DNA of 64,000 bases, from positions 32,001-96,000 of IMG/VR virus record IMGVR_UViG_3300021091_005099, one strand, 5' to 3'. The notes below the pieces were generated by a model. The model was not told the origin of the DNA. It saw only the letters and a program-made list of their open reading frames with translations, and did not search any database. Origin of the DNA: a virus. Below, one piece after another: positions 45,729-54,196 of the stretch. Each line of letters opens with the position of its first letter. The first letter of the stretch is position 1. The position numbers and the translations under genes are program-made.

Positions 45729-46262
45729 TTATTCTCCTTGCCAATTATAATACCATGGAGACCTAAATTTTGGTGTTACAATGTCAAGATGTTTAACCAA
45801 ATCACAAGCAAACACTCCAGAACCACCTATAGTTAAATGTGATACGTTCTCTACACAATTATTTTTTTTATCTTTCCAGAAAAGATAAGGTATCAAATCA
45901 AAGGCTGTTGAACGCGGTTCTTGGAATTTAAAATTATGCGTAGATTTAATTGTATCAAGAACATATTGATAATCATTACAAGGCACAAGAAGACATGTAT
46001 GAAATTTAATCAACGTAGATTTAGTCATAAAACCATTGTTATAATTACTATCGCTATTTTTTATTTCTAGTCTAATAGAATGTTTCCATGCACCTGTCAA
46101 GTCCAATTGATAAAATCTTAAATTAGGTATAGAATTATAATCTTCAAAATTGTGTGGTTCAATATCAAATTCATCGATGAAAATATTATCAAAAAAGATT
46201 CTAGTGTTAGGTCTTTTTTTATAAATTTCACAATAAAACCCCAATGCTAACACGTTTAACAT
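45729..46262 (-). CDS. AT-rich hypothetical protein (resembles 52837-53316)
   Basis: 177 aa, beta-rich. Confidence 0.55.
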   Translation of the reverse strand: MLNVLALGFYCEIYKKRPNTRIFFDNIFIDEFDIEPHNFEDYNSIPNLRFYQLDLTGAWKHSIRLEIKNSDSNYNNGFMTKSTLIKFHTCLLVPCNDYQYVLDTIKSTHNFKFQEPRSTAFDLIPYLFWKDKKNNCVENVSHLTIGGSGVFACDLVKHLDIVTPKFRSPWYYNWQGE

Positions 46263-46264
46263 TC

Positions 46265-46636
46265 TTATATCTTTGGTGCTTGTCTAGTTAAGAATTTGGT
46301 TGTATATTTTTTAGGACCAAAATGTTTCTTTATAATTTTCTCTGCCAATTTTGGATCGAATCTTTTGCAACTAAAAATATCAAAATATGCTGTGCCATCG
46401 AGATCCATAAAATGTGCAGATATGTTTGACGTCTTGATCAATTGAATCATGCTGTAACCTTGATTTTTATGTCCTGATAATAGATATTCTATTTGAGGTT
46501 TTCCATGTGGAATCATTTTGATCGTGTGTAGAAGATCTTTTATGAAATTTTCGATCGCCTTCTTATTTTTAATGTTATCATTGCAACCGCTGCAATCCAA
46601 CATCAAATGATATCCCCAAGCAGAATTATTCTTCAT
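46265..46636 (-). CDS. speD: S-adenosylmethionine decarboxylase proenzyme
   Basis: WGYHLMLDCSGC, GYS..QLI.TSNISAHF, YFDIFSCK; TAAGTA box 5 nt upstream. Confidence 0.8.
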   Translation of the reverse strand: MKNNSAWGYHLMLDCSGCNDNIKNKKAIENFIKDLLHTIKMIPHGKPQIEYLLSGHKNQGYSMIQLIKTSNISAHFMDLDGTAYFDIFSCKRFDPKLAEKIIKKHFGPKKYTTKFLTRQAPKI

Positions 46637-46665
46637 GCTCGTACTTATTTTAATTTTTTGTCTGT

Positions 46666-46980
46666 TTATTTTTTCTTGCCTTGCCGCATGTTGATCTGCC
46701 AGTGTGCCAGCTGTTTCTTGCGTGGCGAAGCAGTTTTAGAACTGCGTATCTTCTTAAGTTGCGCGATGGTGGCACCCTTGGGTATGCCTGCTCGCTTGCT
46801 GTCACCTTTGCGTCCCGGACCCTTGCCATCCGCGAAATTCTCTTGTATGGAATTGATCAGATGCAATTTTCTTAAATTTCTCTCTGTTTCGCCAGGTCGC
46901 ACATCCTGGGTGGTGTTTTGCTTGGTGATTATGCCAACCCCAGCAGCATCTTCTCTATGAACTATCTCTCTGATCTTCAT
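46666..46980 (-). CDS. Basic protein with MKIREIVHRE tag
   Basis: GVGIITKQNTT.DV module and ENFADGK..GRKG...AHWQINM module. Confidence 0.65.
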   Translation of the reverse strand: MKIREIVHREDAAGVGIITKQNTTQDVRPGETERNLRKLHLINSIQENFADGKGPGRKGDSKRAGIPKGATIAQLKKIRSSKTASPRKKQLAHWQINMRQGKKK

Positions 46981-47144
46981 CGCACTCGGAACGGGTAGCC
47001 CATGGGGAAGCCCGCATGGTATCCCATCTTGTTGCCCTGTTTGACCCTGGTGGTGGCACGCTTCTCGTATCGGTTGATGATGCGATTCACGTCAGGATGT
47101 ATCATGTTGGGGTCTTTGGTGTATAGTATTTCTCTTATCTTCAT
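46977..47144 (-). CDS. 55-aa protein with MKIREI tag
   Basis: Start moved to 47144 (ATGA overlap). Confidence 0.6.
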   Translation of the reverse strand: MKIREILYTKDPNMIHPDVNRIINRYEKRATTRVKQGNKMGYHAGFPMGYPFRVR

Positions 47145-47710
47145 GCGGCAACCCGGTTGTCTATTTCTGCAAACAGTGATTTTATTTTGGCCACATTGGG
47201 ATGATTGTTTGTGGTGTTGTTCCACACGTAGGACTTCAGTGGTTGGCGGGCTTTTTTTGCCAGGAATGCACGGTGGTTACCGTCAACGATTTCTGATCCT
47301 CGTGGTGATCGAGACATTGTCATGGGTGGCAGCTTGGAAAAGTCTATTGTTCTGGGATCTGCGTCATTCTGCCTAAAATATCTTGCCGGCCTACCTGCTT
47401 CCTTATCTTGTACATATTGATTATATCTTTTTTCCAACTCCAACTCATACTCTCGCTCGTGTGGTGGTATTTGGCTGGCCTGTAAGACCACCGGACCGGT
47501 CAACACCCATTGATCTATTTCATATATAAATCTTCTCCATTCTGCAAAAGGCACTTCGTCTCGGTAAGCGAAATCAATGATCTCACGTTGCTTGGGGAAC
47601 ATTTCCCCCAATAATTTTCTAATTACATCGGAATGCTGTTGTGTCACAATGGCATTGATCTTGGAGAAATTTTGTTTAAATAAATCTTCTGTGATTTCCC
47701 TGATCTTCAT
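47141..47710 (-). CDS. ParB/Srx-like domain protein with MKIREITE tag
   Basis: LPPMTM...EIVDGNHRAFLA. Confidence 0.65.
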   Translation of the reverse strand: MKIREITEDLFKQNFSKINAIVTQQHSDVIRKLLGEMFPKQREIIDFAYRDEVPFAEWRRFIYEIDQWVLTGPVVLQASQIPPHEREYELELEKRYNQYVQDKEAGRPARYFRQNDADPRTIDFSKLPPMTMSRSPRGSEIVDGNHRAFLAKKARQPLKSYVWNNTTNNHPNVAKIKSLFAEIDNRVAA

Positions 47711-48147
47711 TTTTTCACTGTGCTCCTCAGCATCCAGCCGTGCTTGCTGTGCCTGTCGATCCTTTCAGCTATGAAGTCACTGAATCCATGCAGGTGGTTG
47801 GCCTCCAACACGTCAAAGGCCGCGTTCAAGCTCTTCAGCACCTTGTCGTTGCTGTCGATCAAATTCTCATACATCTTTTCCGCTGCAGGTATCTCGTCCG
47901 ACTGCTGTATGGTGGCCAATTCTCGTAATCGATCAAACACTCCTGGGGCATATGTGCCCATGGCCCTAAGCTCTTCCGCGAACTTGTCAATGGCCTCGAA
48001 AACTTCTTCATATATCTTGCCCAGCAGCTCATGATCCTGTGGGAAGTTCCTGCCTTCCACGTTCCAGTGATAGTAGTGTGCCTGTAGGTAAAAAAGGAAG
48101 CTGTCCGCAAAGGCCTGTTTTGCGATCTTGCCTATTTCTGGAGTCAT
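47707..48147 (-). CDS. dps: Dps/ferritin-like DNA protection protein
   Basis: HYYHWNVEG..F...H..L..IYEE....D..AE, KHGWML; TAAGTA box 7 nt upstream. Confidence 0.9.
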   Translation of the reverse strand: MTPEIGKIAKQAFADSFLFYLQAHYYHWNVEGRNFPQDHELLGKIYEEVFEAIDKFAEELRAMGTYAPGVFDRLRELATIQQSDEIPAAEKMYENLIDSNDKVLKSLNAAFDVLEANHLHGFSDFIAERIDRHSKHGWMLRSTVKK

Positions 48148-48153
48148 GATATG

Positions 48154-48750
48154 TTACTTATCCACCTGTTGGTGCTGGCCGAACTGGCTTGGATTTCCAC
48201 CCTTTATCAAAGCTGCCCACACGGTGAGCTGCCGGCAGAACCTCTCTATCTCCTCTGCCAGCTCCTTGTCTTTCATGATGTTGTCCCTGCCCTGTGGTTT
48301 GGCCTCAACTGTGCATCTGGGAGGTATGGTAAAACCCAATTGCGTGGCGAAGTTCAAAAACATTCCATGGATGTGCTGGAATCCATCGCCGCCTCCTGAA
48401 ACCACGGAGCCGAAAACCTTGTTGTAGTTGGGATAGTATTTGTTGTCTCTGCTCCAGCCGTCGATGTAGTCAAAACGCTCGATAACAGATGATATGTAGC
48501 CGCTGTGCAGACCCCACCAGATGGGAGTGGCGAATATCAATCCATCATAGTTTTTTATAAAGTCCGCCAGTATGGGTTTGAGCTGATCATCGTAGCTCTC
48601 CGTGCCGCATTCATAGTCTATCTCATTCATGGTGATTATTTTGCACTCGGAACCTTGCTTCTTGAATTCAGCAGCTACCAATTCGCACACGGCATAGGTG
48701 TTGCTGACTTCGGTTTTCTTTAGGCTGCCATTGAATATCATGAATTTCAT
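48154..48750 (-). CDS. Flavodoxin-like NAD(P)H-dependent FMN reductase
   Basis: FNGSLKK..SNT, DGLIFATPIWWG, KVFGSVVSGGGDG; TAAATA 5 nt upstream of MKFMIF. Confidence 0.8.
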   Translation of the reverse strand: MKFMIFNGSLKKTEVSNTYAVCELVAAEFKKQGSECKIITMNEIDYECGTESYDDQLKPILADFIKNYDGLIFATPIWWGLHSGYISSVIERFDYIDGWSRDNKYYPNYNKVFGSVVSGGGDGFQHIHGMFLNFATQLGFTIPPRCTVEAKPQGRDNIMKDKELAEEIERFCRQLTVWAALIKGGNPSQFGQHQQVDK

Positions 48751-48758
48751 ATGAGTAT

Positions 48759-49838
48759 TTAAGCAAAAATCCAAGTATTTAAAAATACGTCCACATCTTC
48801 AAGCCTTAAAGTTCTGTGCATATCCTGCGATTTTATCTCATTTTTCAACATTTCATGTAGATTTTTGTCATAGTTGTCTTCACTATATTTTTTAATCAGC
48901 GATTCTACATTTAATCTGAATTGGTGCGCTTTATAATTGTCTATGTTAAATTTCTTTATTTTTATTAGGTTATCAATGTATCTCTGTCTTTGTTCCATTG
49001 GCACTGCGGCATGAGTCCATATGTTTCCCACGACAGGACTAAGACTGATGCTGCGGGTGTATTGACTCATCCATTCCACAGTATTTTTTATGTCATGCAC
49101 AGTGATATTGGAAGCGACCAAATTAAACATGATAGAGATACCATTGTTTCTACAAAAATTTATGTTCTCTTCAAATTTGTTCCATTCGAGGGGATATCTA
49201 ACGTAAGATCCCAATTGTCCTATAGCATCGCAGGAAATTGTTACAGTAAAATTTTTGAATAATGTTATGATTTTTTTCCATCTAGATGGCAAATTTTTCA
49301 AATTGGTATTGATGACTATTTCACAATCTGGATTCTCGATGGCCAAATCTTTTAAGAATTCCAAATAAGATGCATTGTACGTGGGTTCTCCACCGGCCAT
49401 GTAAACTTTTTTTAAATCTTTTTTATTATATTTGTTTAAATTGTGTTTAGGTTTTGTTAATTTTATCCCCTTCTCTTTCGCCCACAATGTGCTGGCCCCT
49501 GGACCACATGTTTTGCATTTCAAATTACAAGTAGGATCGTTTCTTATGTCTATGTATTGTATGTTTGTTTCATCTATTTTTGGTGCTGAAAATTTCCTAA
49601 CCCATTTTATTGTTTCTCTTATTCTGGGACTACTTTCTCCCTGTCTTTCCTGCTCATAACAGCTATTGCAGACACTGGGTTGTTGTCCTTCCAGCATTAA
49701 TCGTCTCACATCATCCAAACTGTTATTCGCTGATAGAGCCGATCCATAACAACAAGGTCTTTGTCTTCCGCTTAGATCTAGGTGTTCGTGTATCCAAGGC
49801 AATACACAGATAGCTTTGTTAGCACGTGTATCAAACAT
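48759..49838 (-). CDS. AT-rich radical SAM protein with N-terminal twitch domain (6)
   Basis: ICVLPW...PCC, CNSC, CNLKCKTC, AGGEP. Confidence 0.85.
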   Translation of the reverse strand: MFDTRANKAICVLPWIHEHLDLSGRQRPCCYGSALSANNSLDDVRRLMLEGQQPSVCNSCYEQERQGESSPRIRETIKWVRKFSAPKIDETNIQYIDIRNDPTCNLKCKTCGPGASTLWAKEKGIKLTKPKHNLNKYNKKDLKKVYMAGGEPTYNASYLEFLKDLAIENPDCEIVINTNLKNLPSRWKKIITLFKNFTVTISCDAIGQLGSYVRYPLEWNKFEENINFCRNNGISIMFNLVASNITVHDIKNTVEWMSQYTRSISLSPVVGNIWTHAAVPMEQRQRYIDNLIKIKKFNIDNYKAHQFRLNVESLIKKYSEDNYDKNLHEMLKNEIKSQDMHRTLRLEDVDVFLNTWIFA

Positions 49839-49844
49839 GGTTGA

Positions 49845-50054
49845 TTATTTTTTGCGAGGCATCGGATCTTCGCCAGTGAGGTAAGGGCGAGAGAACCATA
49901 GTCGAAACCATTCTGGCGTGCCGGGCTGTATTCCGTGCTTTCTTTGGTATTCAGATTTCTCCGTGGCGGAGTGGCTGATATTTTCACCAACACTGGGCTG
50001 ATGTGCCTGGGTGTTTGCTATGCCTGCTAATTTTTTCAAATGTTCGAGGTCCAT
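49845..50054 (-). CDS. Hypothetical protein with LKKLAGI motif
   Basis: 69 aa; IQPGTPEWFRLWFSRPYLTGE. Confidence 0.65.
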   Translation of the reverse strand: MDLEHLKKLAGIANTQAHQPSVGENISHSATEKSEYQRKHGIQPGTPEWFRLWFSRPYLTGEDPMPRKK

Positions 50055-50058
50055 ATTA

Positions 50059-50679
50059 TTAAGATGAAAATACCTCCAATGCGTGTTTGTAGTGTTTTAT
50101 TCTGTCCTCCAGACCAATGGTGCCACCGTTGATGCGTTTGGTCATTGTGAGGATGTCTCCGTCATCGGCATACTGATTTAGATTATTGGTTTTCCAGAAC
50201 CAGCAGGCACTCTTTACTGCCCCTTCAAATGTCTCCAGTAAAGCCGGAATTTCTTCCACGGCCATGCCGACACTCTCTGCAAATTTGCTGTAATTGTTCT
50301 TGCCAGTCAATTGTATCAATCCCCTGCCACAGTATCTGAACCCATCTCCTGATGATTCGTCACCGTTGCCCATCCTGCTCGCATAGACTCGATTGGCAAT
50401 CTGTTCCTGTTTGTGTGCGTATTCTTTTGCCAACTCATCTGTGGAGAAATATTTTGGGAACACCTTTCTCAAGCTCTCCCATCTATAATTTAAATTTTCT
50501 TTCAATCTTTTGAATCCTCCGCTCTCGTGCGCGCATTGTGCTATGAATGCTGCCACTCGCTCTGCTGTATCGATCTCATATTCGGGCAACACATTTGACA
50601 GGGCTTGATGCCATCCCTCCAGGTCGGGGTTATTACCAATTATTGATTGCAACTGTTCTTTTGTTAAAATGAATGACAT
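50059..50679 (-). CDS. GH19 chitinase-like endolysin
   Basis: AAFIAQCAHESGGF, YCGRGLIQLTGKNNY, SACWFW, TKRINGG..GLEDR. Confidence 0.9.
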   Translation of the reverse strand: MSFILTKEQLQSIIGNNPDLEGWHQALSNVLPEYEIDTAERVAAFIAQCAHESGGFKRLKENLNYRWESLRKVFPKYFSTDELAKEYAHKQEQIANRVYASRMGNGDESSGDGFRYCGRGLIQLTGKNNYSKFAESVGMAVEEIPALLETFEGAVKSACWFWKTNNLNQYADDGDILTMTKRINGGTIGLEDRIKHYKHALEVFSS

Positions 50680-50685
50680 GTTTGA

Positions 50686-50928
50686 TTACTCTTCCTTGTT
50701 GAAAAAACGATGGTCAGCTTTCTGCTGCGCCTGTGCTTTGATATCTGATTCGTTGTATTGCAGTTTGCCGCTGCGGTTTAGACTTGATGCTCCTTTGGCG
50801 ATACCTGGTGCTAATTTTTCAACCTTGCCGCCACGGGCCAGGAACTCCTGCATCATGCGATCTTTCTCGTCCTGCGCTGTTTTGATCTCTTTGTCTGACC
50901 TATAATCTCTCCTTATGTCAATTACCAT
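50686..50928 (-). CDS. Hypothetical protein
   Basis: 80 aa; EFLARGGKVEK. Confidence 0.6.
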   Translation of the reverse strand: MVIDIRRDYRSDKEIKTAQDEKDRMMQEFLARGGKVEKLAPGIAKGASSLNRSGKLQYNESDIKAQAQQKADHRFFNKEE

Positions 50929-52090
50929 TTTTTTCTCCGTAATTTTTTAAACCCTGTTCTATCGTATTTAATGAGTCTTTGTTGGCCTGATACAAGATTC
51001 CATAGCCTCCCTTGCTTTGCCATTTTTCTATATTTACGGGACGATCATCAATCAAGATGTTGGCAGCGCCATTGGCGGTGGCATATTTTTCCTTCCTGCC
51101 GGTCACTATGGTCTCGTCTGGCTGTTCTATGTTCTGGTTGATCCAGACCTTCTTGTACCTGGCAGAGTTGTCATGATCTCCCCTCAGTGGAGATGTCAGT
51201 ATTGAGAATCTGCCACCGGTGAATTTTTTGATCAAGCCTATGAGAGCATCAGTTGTGGAAAACTTGGGCAAGGTCTCAAAGAAGTTGGTGCCTGTGATCC
51301 TGTCGATCACGTCCTGTCTGAGATCTTTGGTCTTGTCGGACGCCAGTTGCTTCCAATGATTCACTCCATAGAGCTTCTCGACCCCACCAAAGAAATCAGC
51401 CAGCACTCCGTCCATGTCCAGGTAAACAGTGGGTTTACCATTTTTCTGTTCAGGCATTGACTGAGTATACAACTTTTCCGTGTTTGTTGCAACCTGCTCT
51501 TTAACTCCCATGTATCGTCTCAATTCTTGATACAGTTCGGTGCCGAACTTGGGATTTACCATCTTCATGAAGCTGTTCTGATCTCCCGACGCCGCGGCTG
51601 CTCGAGCACCGCTGGCACTGATGCCACCTATGCCTTCCTGGTCCGGATCTCTCTCACCCGAGCTCACAACATCTATCGTGTCGAACTGGAAGGGTATGCT
51701 GCCTTTCTTGTCAGGCTTATTGTTATACTGATTTAGGAATGTTTTGAATTCCGTCACTCGATCCGAGCCAGCCACCATGGTGATATTCTTGTATCCTCGG
51801 TTCATCAATTCCTGCAACAATTGCACGATGGTCCTGATAGTGTCGTCACCGTGAAAGTTCACGCCTGTGTAGGCCTTTCTAAGATAATTTAACTTGTAGG
51901 AGAACGGCAAGGGATCTGTCTTGGGCTTTTGCGTTGAGCTGATGAATATGGAGTGGTCAGCAGCCTTGGACTTGGCGGTGTTCAATACTTTCTGAAACAC
52001 GGCCTCATGTCCCAGTGTGGGCGGGTTATATCTGCCGAATGCAAAAACTATGGAATCGTTCTTGGCCTCAAATAGTTCCTTTAGCAACAT
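50918..52090 (-). CDS. Fusion of a cytidyltransferase-like (HIGH) domain and a HAD 5'(3')-nucleotidase-like domain, with MLLKELFE tag
   Basis: FGRYNPPTLGH, VAGSDRV, SSGERDPD...ISAS; then YLDMDGVLADF, ILTSP, LIDDR. Confidence 0.8.
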   Translation of the reverse strand: MLLKELFEAKNDSIVFAFGRYNPPTLGHEAVFQKVLNTAKSKAADHSIFISSTQKPKTDPLPFSYKLNYLRKAYTGVNFHGDDTIRTIVQLLQELMNRGYKNITMVAGSDRVTEFKTFLNQYNNKPDKKGSIPFQFDTIDVVSSGERDPDQEGIGGISASGARAAAASGDQNSFMKMVNPKFGTELYQELRRYMGVKEQVATNTEKLYTQSMPEQKNGKPTVYLDMDGVLADFFGGVEKLYGVNHWKQLASDKTKDLRQDVIDRITGTNFFETLPKFSTTDALIGLIKKFTGGRFSILTSPLRGDHDNSARYKKVWINQNIEQPDETIVTGRKEKYATANGAANILIDDRPVNIEKWQSKGGYGILYQANKDSLNTIEQGLKNYGEKNGN

Positions 52091-52436
52091 CGTACTCACC
52101 CTTTTTCATATTTTCAAGTTCTCTGTCGGCGAGCACCTGTGCCACTTTCTCTCTGGTCGCTTGCGGAAAGAAATCCTTGACGTCTTCGCCTGGCTTACCA
52201 AACTCTTTTGTGTAGGCCTTGGCAGCATCATTGACTAACAGGTTCCATCTTTTAACTGCATTGTCGTGATCGTAAGTATTATTCTTAAGTGATCTGTTCA
52301 GCCAAAATATCAGAGGCATAAAATTTTTTCTATAGAGATCTTCGTTGTTGTTGATATAAAGATCCAGTTCATTCACTGCGTCAATGCTGGATTCTGATAT
52401 GAACTGATGAGCCCTTACCATTTCCTGCAACTCCAA
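52068..52436 (-). CDS. Hypothetical protein (MELQEM start)
   Basis: 122 aa; ELDLYINNNEDLYR. Confidence 0.6.
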   Translation of the reverse strand: MELQEMVRAHQFISESSIDAVNELDLYINNNEDLYRKNFMPLIFWLNRSLKNNTYDHDNAVKRWNLLVNDAAKAYTKEFGKPGEDVKDFFPQATREKVAQVLADRELENMKKGEYDVAKGTI

Positions 52437-52822
52437 TACCTTGCTTTGGTCCTAGGTCCTGGGTTGGCGCAGTTGTGTCTCGCTCTGAAGCTCTTTCTTC
52501 TTCCCGGAATGTGTTTCTTGATCCTCATATTGGGATCACCAAAGTTCACTTTCTTAACATTTCCAGTCTTGGGATCTTTTACATAAACTTTGAATTTTTT
52601 GACGTCACCCTTCATTGGTCTGCCCAATGCCACTTTCCTGCCTCGATATTCGGCTTCCCACAATTCTGTTTCCGGAAATCCCAAATAACCAAACATCTCG
52701 TGAAAATCCTGTGTGTCCTCCACGGTGATCTCATCTGCCTCCGGCAGTGGTTCGTAAGCGGGTTCTGCCGCTATGCTGTCCAATCTAGTTAATAATACTC
52801 GGATATCTTGGTAGTTGCTCAT
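52415..52822 (-). CDS. Late protein with acidic N-half and basic C-terminal module
   Basis: KKVNFGDPNM.IK...RKSFRARHNC...ARYWSC. Confidence 0.65.
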   Translation of the reverse strand: MSNYQDIRVLLTRLDSIAAEPAYEPLPEADEITVEDTQDFHEMFGYLGFPETELWEAEYRGRKVALGRPMKGDVKKFKVYVKDPKTGNVKKVNFGDPNMRIKKHIPGRRKSFRARHNCANPGPRTKARYWSCRKW

Positions 52823-52828
52823 GCCCTG

Positions 52829-52834
52829 TATTTA
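52829..52834 (-). promoter_or_regulatory. Late promoter box TAAATA
   Basis: 6 nt upstream of ATG 52822. Confidence 0.6.
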
Positions 52835-52836
52835 GC

Positions 52837-53316
52837 TTAATACAGGTTCTCCAACAGCCACATGTAGAAAGGTGAAGTAAACGTTAATTCCCAGCGGCCA
52901 TTATGCCCCATCGAAGTTACATTTTTAACGGTTACAGGCAACAATTTGCCTTCTTTTTTCTGTTGTGAAGCCCATGGTTCTGGATATTCTGGATAATGTA
53001 GACCTTCGTAAATCAATCCTCCTAAATCTATTTCATCGATCTCTATGCTCTTTATAAACAGTAATTGATCTTTAACAATTTTATTATCTTCTAGCACAGT
53101 TTGTGAATCATCTTTATTAGACCTATGAATAATAAACTTGTATTCTTGACCTTCATTTAAATCATGAAAAAATTCTATTAAGGTAGGATTTTCCTGTGTG
53201 CCCGTAATTTCTTGTTTAAATTTGCTTTGCTCTCCAACACAAATATCTGCAATTGGTGGTTTGTCCCAATATTGGGCATATAGTTGTATCTTAAATTTTA
53301 AACTTTCAGTCCACAT
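52837..53316 (-). CDS. AT-rich hypothetical protein
   Basis: 159 aa; ends with MGHNG.W...F.SPFYMWLLEN. Confidence 0.6.
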   Translation of the reverse strand: MWTESLKFKIQLYAQYWDKPPIADICVGEQSKFKQEITGTQENPTLIEFFHDLNEGQEYKFIIHRSNKDDSQTVLEDNKIVKDQLLFIKSIEIDEIDLGGLIYEGLHYPEYPEPWASQQKKEGKLLPVTVKNVTSMGHNGRWELTFTSPFYMWLLENLY

Positions 53317-53494
53317 ATTTAAACTCTAGTCCTGCTTTGGTTCCTACGTACGGTTTATTTAAATCTGTACGGTACATCTCTATGGTCATCGTGGTTCCTT
53401 CCACCGCCACTTTCATGTACTTGTCCGTGCGGCTTAACACATCGGCACGTTTAGTTTTACCATTGTCAATGCAGGTTATATCTATTTGTTCCAT
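53306..53494 (-). CDS. Hypothetical protein
   Basis: 62 aa. Confidence 0.6.
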   Translation of the reverse strand: MEQIDITCIDNGKTKRADVLSRTDKYMKVAVEGTTMTIEMYRTDLNKPYVGTKAGLEFKYVD

Positions 53495-53498
53495 GTTA

Positions 53499-53660
53499 TT
53501 ATTTTTTGTTAATTATATCCGGAGTAAGCATGTCCACTGTGTTCACTATGGTCTTGCCCGCATACACCACCGCTGATCCTGTGACGTCTAATACTGCTAC
53601 TGTGGTAGAGCAGGAGTTTAAAAGAAATAAGATAGAAATAATTAGCAGTAATTTATTCAT
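53499..53660 (-). CDS. 53-aa lipoprotein (not in the ORF track)
   Basis: MNKLLLIISILFLLNSC lipobox; fills the gap. Confidence 0.65.
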   Translation of the reverse strand: MNKLLLIISILFLLNSCSTTVAVLDVTGSAVVYAGKTIVNTVDMLTPDIINKK

Positions 53661-53931
53661 CGACTTCTTTTTTTTTTGAAATCTGTCTCTCTTCTTGCTC
53701 TTCCTGTTTCTTTTTCAAAGCCTCTCTGGCCTTTTCGCTCTCCATCTGTTTCTTGGCAGTGTCTAAGGGGTCGTCTATCTCCTTAATAGAAATCAACTTT
53801 GCCTCCATGTATTCTTTTACCCTTTGCACAGCGTCTTCCTTAGTGTCAGCATAGAACCATGATTGTAACTTGTTGCCACTGGGCATCACGCACTCGAACT
53901 GCCAAGCATGATTGACATGGCTGTTGATCAT
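53653..53931 (-). CDS. Hypothetical protein
   Basis: Start MINSH inferred from ATGA overlap. Confidence 0.55.
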   Translation of the reverse strand: MINSHVNHAWQFECVMPSGNKLQSWFYADTKEDAVQRVKEYMEAKLISIKEIDDPLDTAKKQMESEKAREALKKKQEEQEERQISKKKEVDE

Positions 53932-54110
53932 CTGATCATGCCCATGAGGTACATGCCTGCTAGAAAACAAATAAGGCAAGTGCCAAAAAAGTAAGCCTTC
54001 TTTTGTACGGAATAACCATTATTCTTTAATACATGAATGTGTACGTCCATGCTTTCGGGCGTCACCCGCACGTCCACATATTCTATTTGATCGTTTTCGT
54101 CATAGTCCAT
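53928..54110 (-). CDS. Small protein with C-terminal TM segment
   Basis: 60 aa, directly after a sigma70 promoter. Confidence 0.55.
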   Translation of the reverse strand: MDYDENDQIEYVDVRVTPESMDVHIHVLKNNGYSVQKKAYFFGTCLICFLAGMYLMGMIR

Positions 54111-54116
54111 AACACA

Positions 54117-54144
54117 ATTATACAGTAGATCTAATTGATGTCAA
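54117..54144 (-). promoter_or_regulatory. Sigma70 promoter
   Basis: TTGACA-16 bp-TATAAT; ATG 6 nt downstream. Confidence 0.65.
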
Positions 54145-54196
54145 TGAGTTGATCTATATAAAAAGCATTGAAATTCAAAGACTTATTTTGAATGGT

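Noticed and set aside
54168-54193. ATTCAAA/TTTGAAT hairpin as a terminator
   Set aside because: Weak AT-rich 7-bp stem without a clear U-tract
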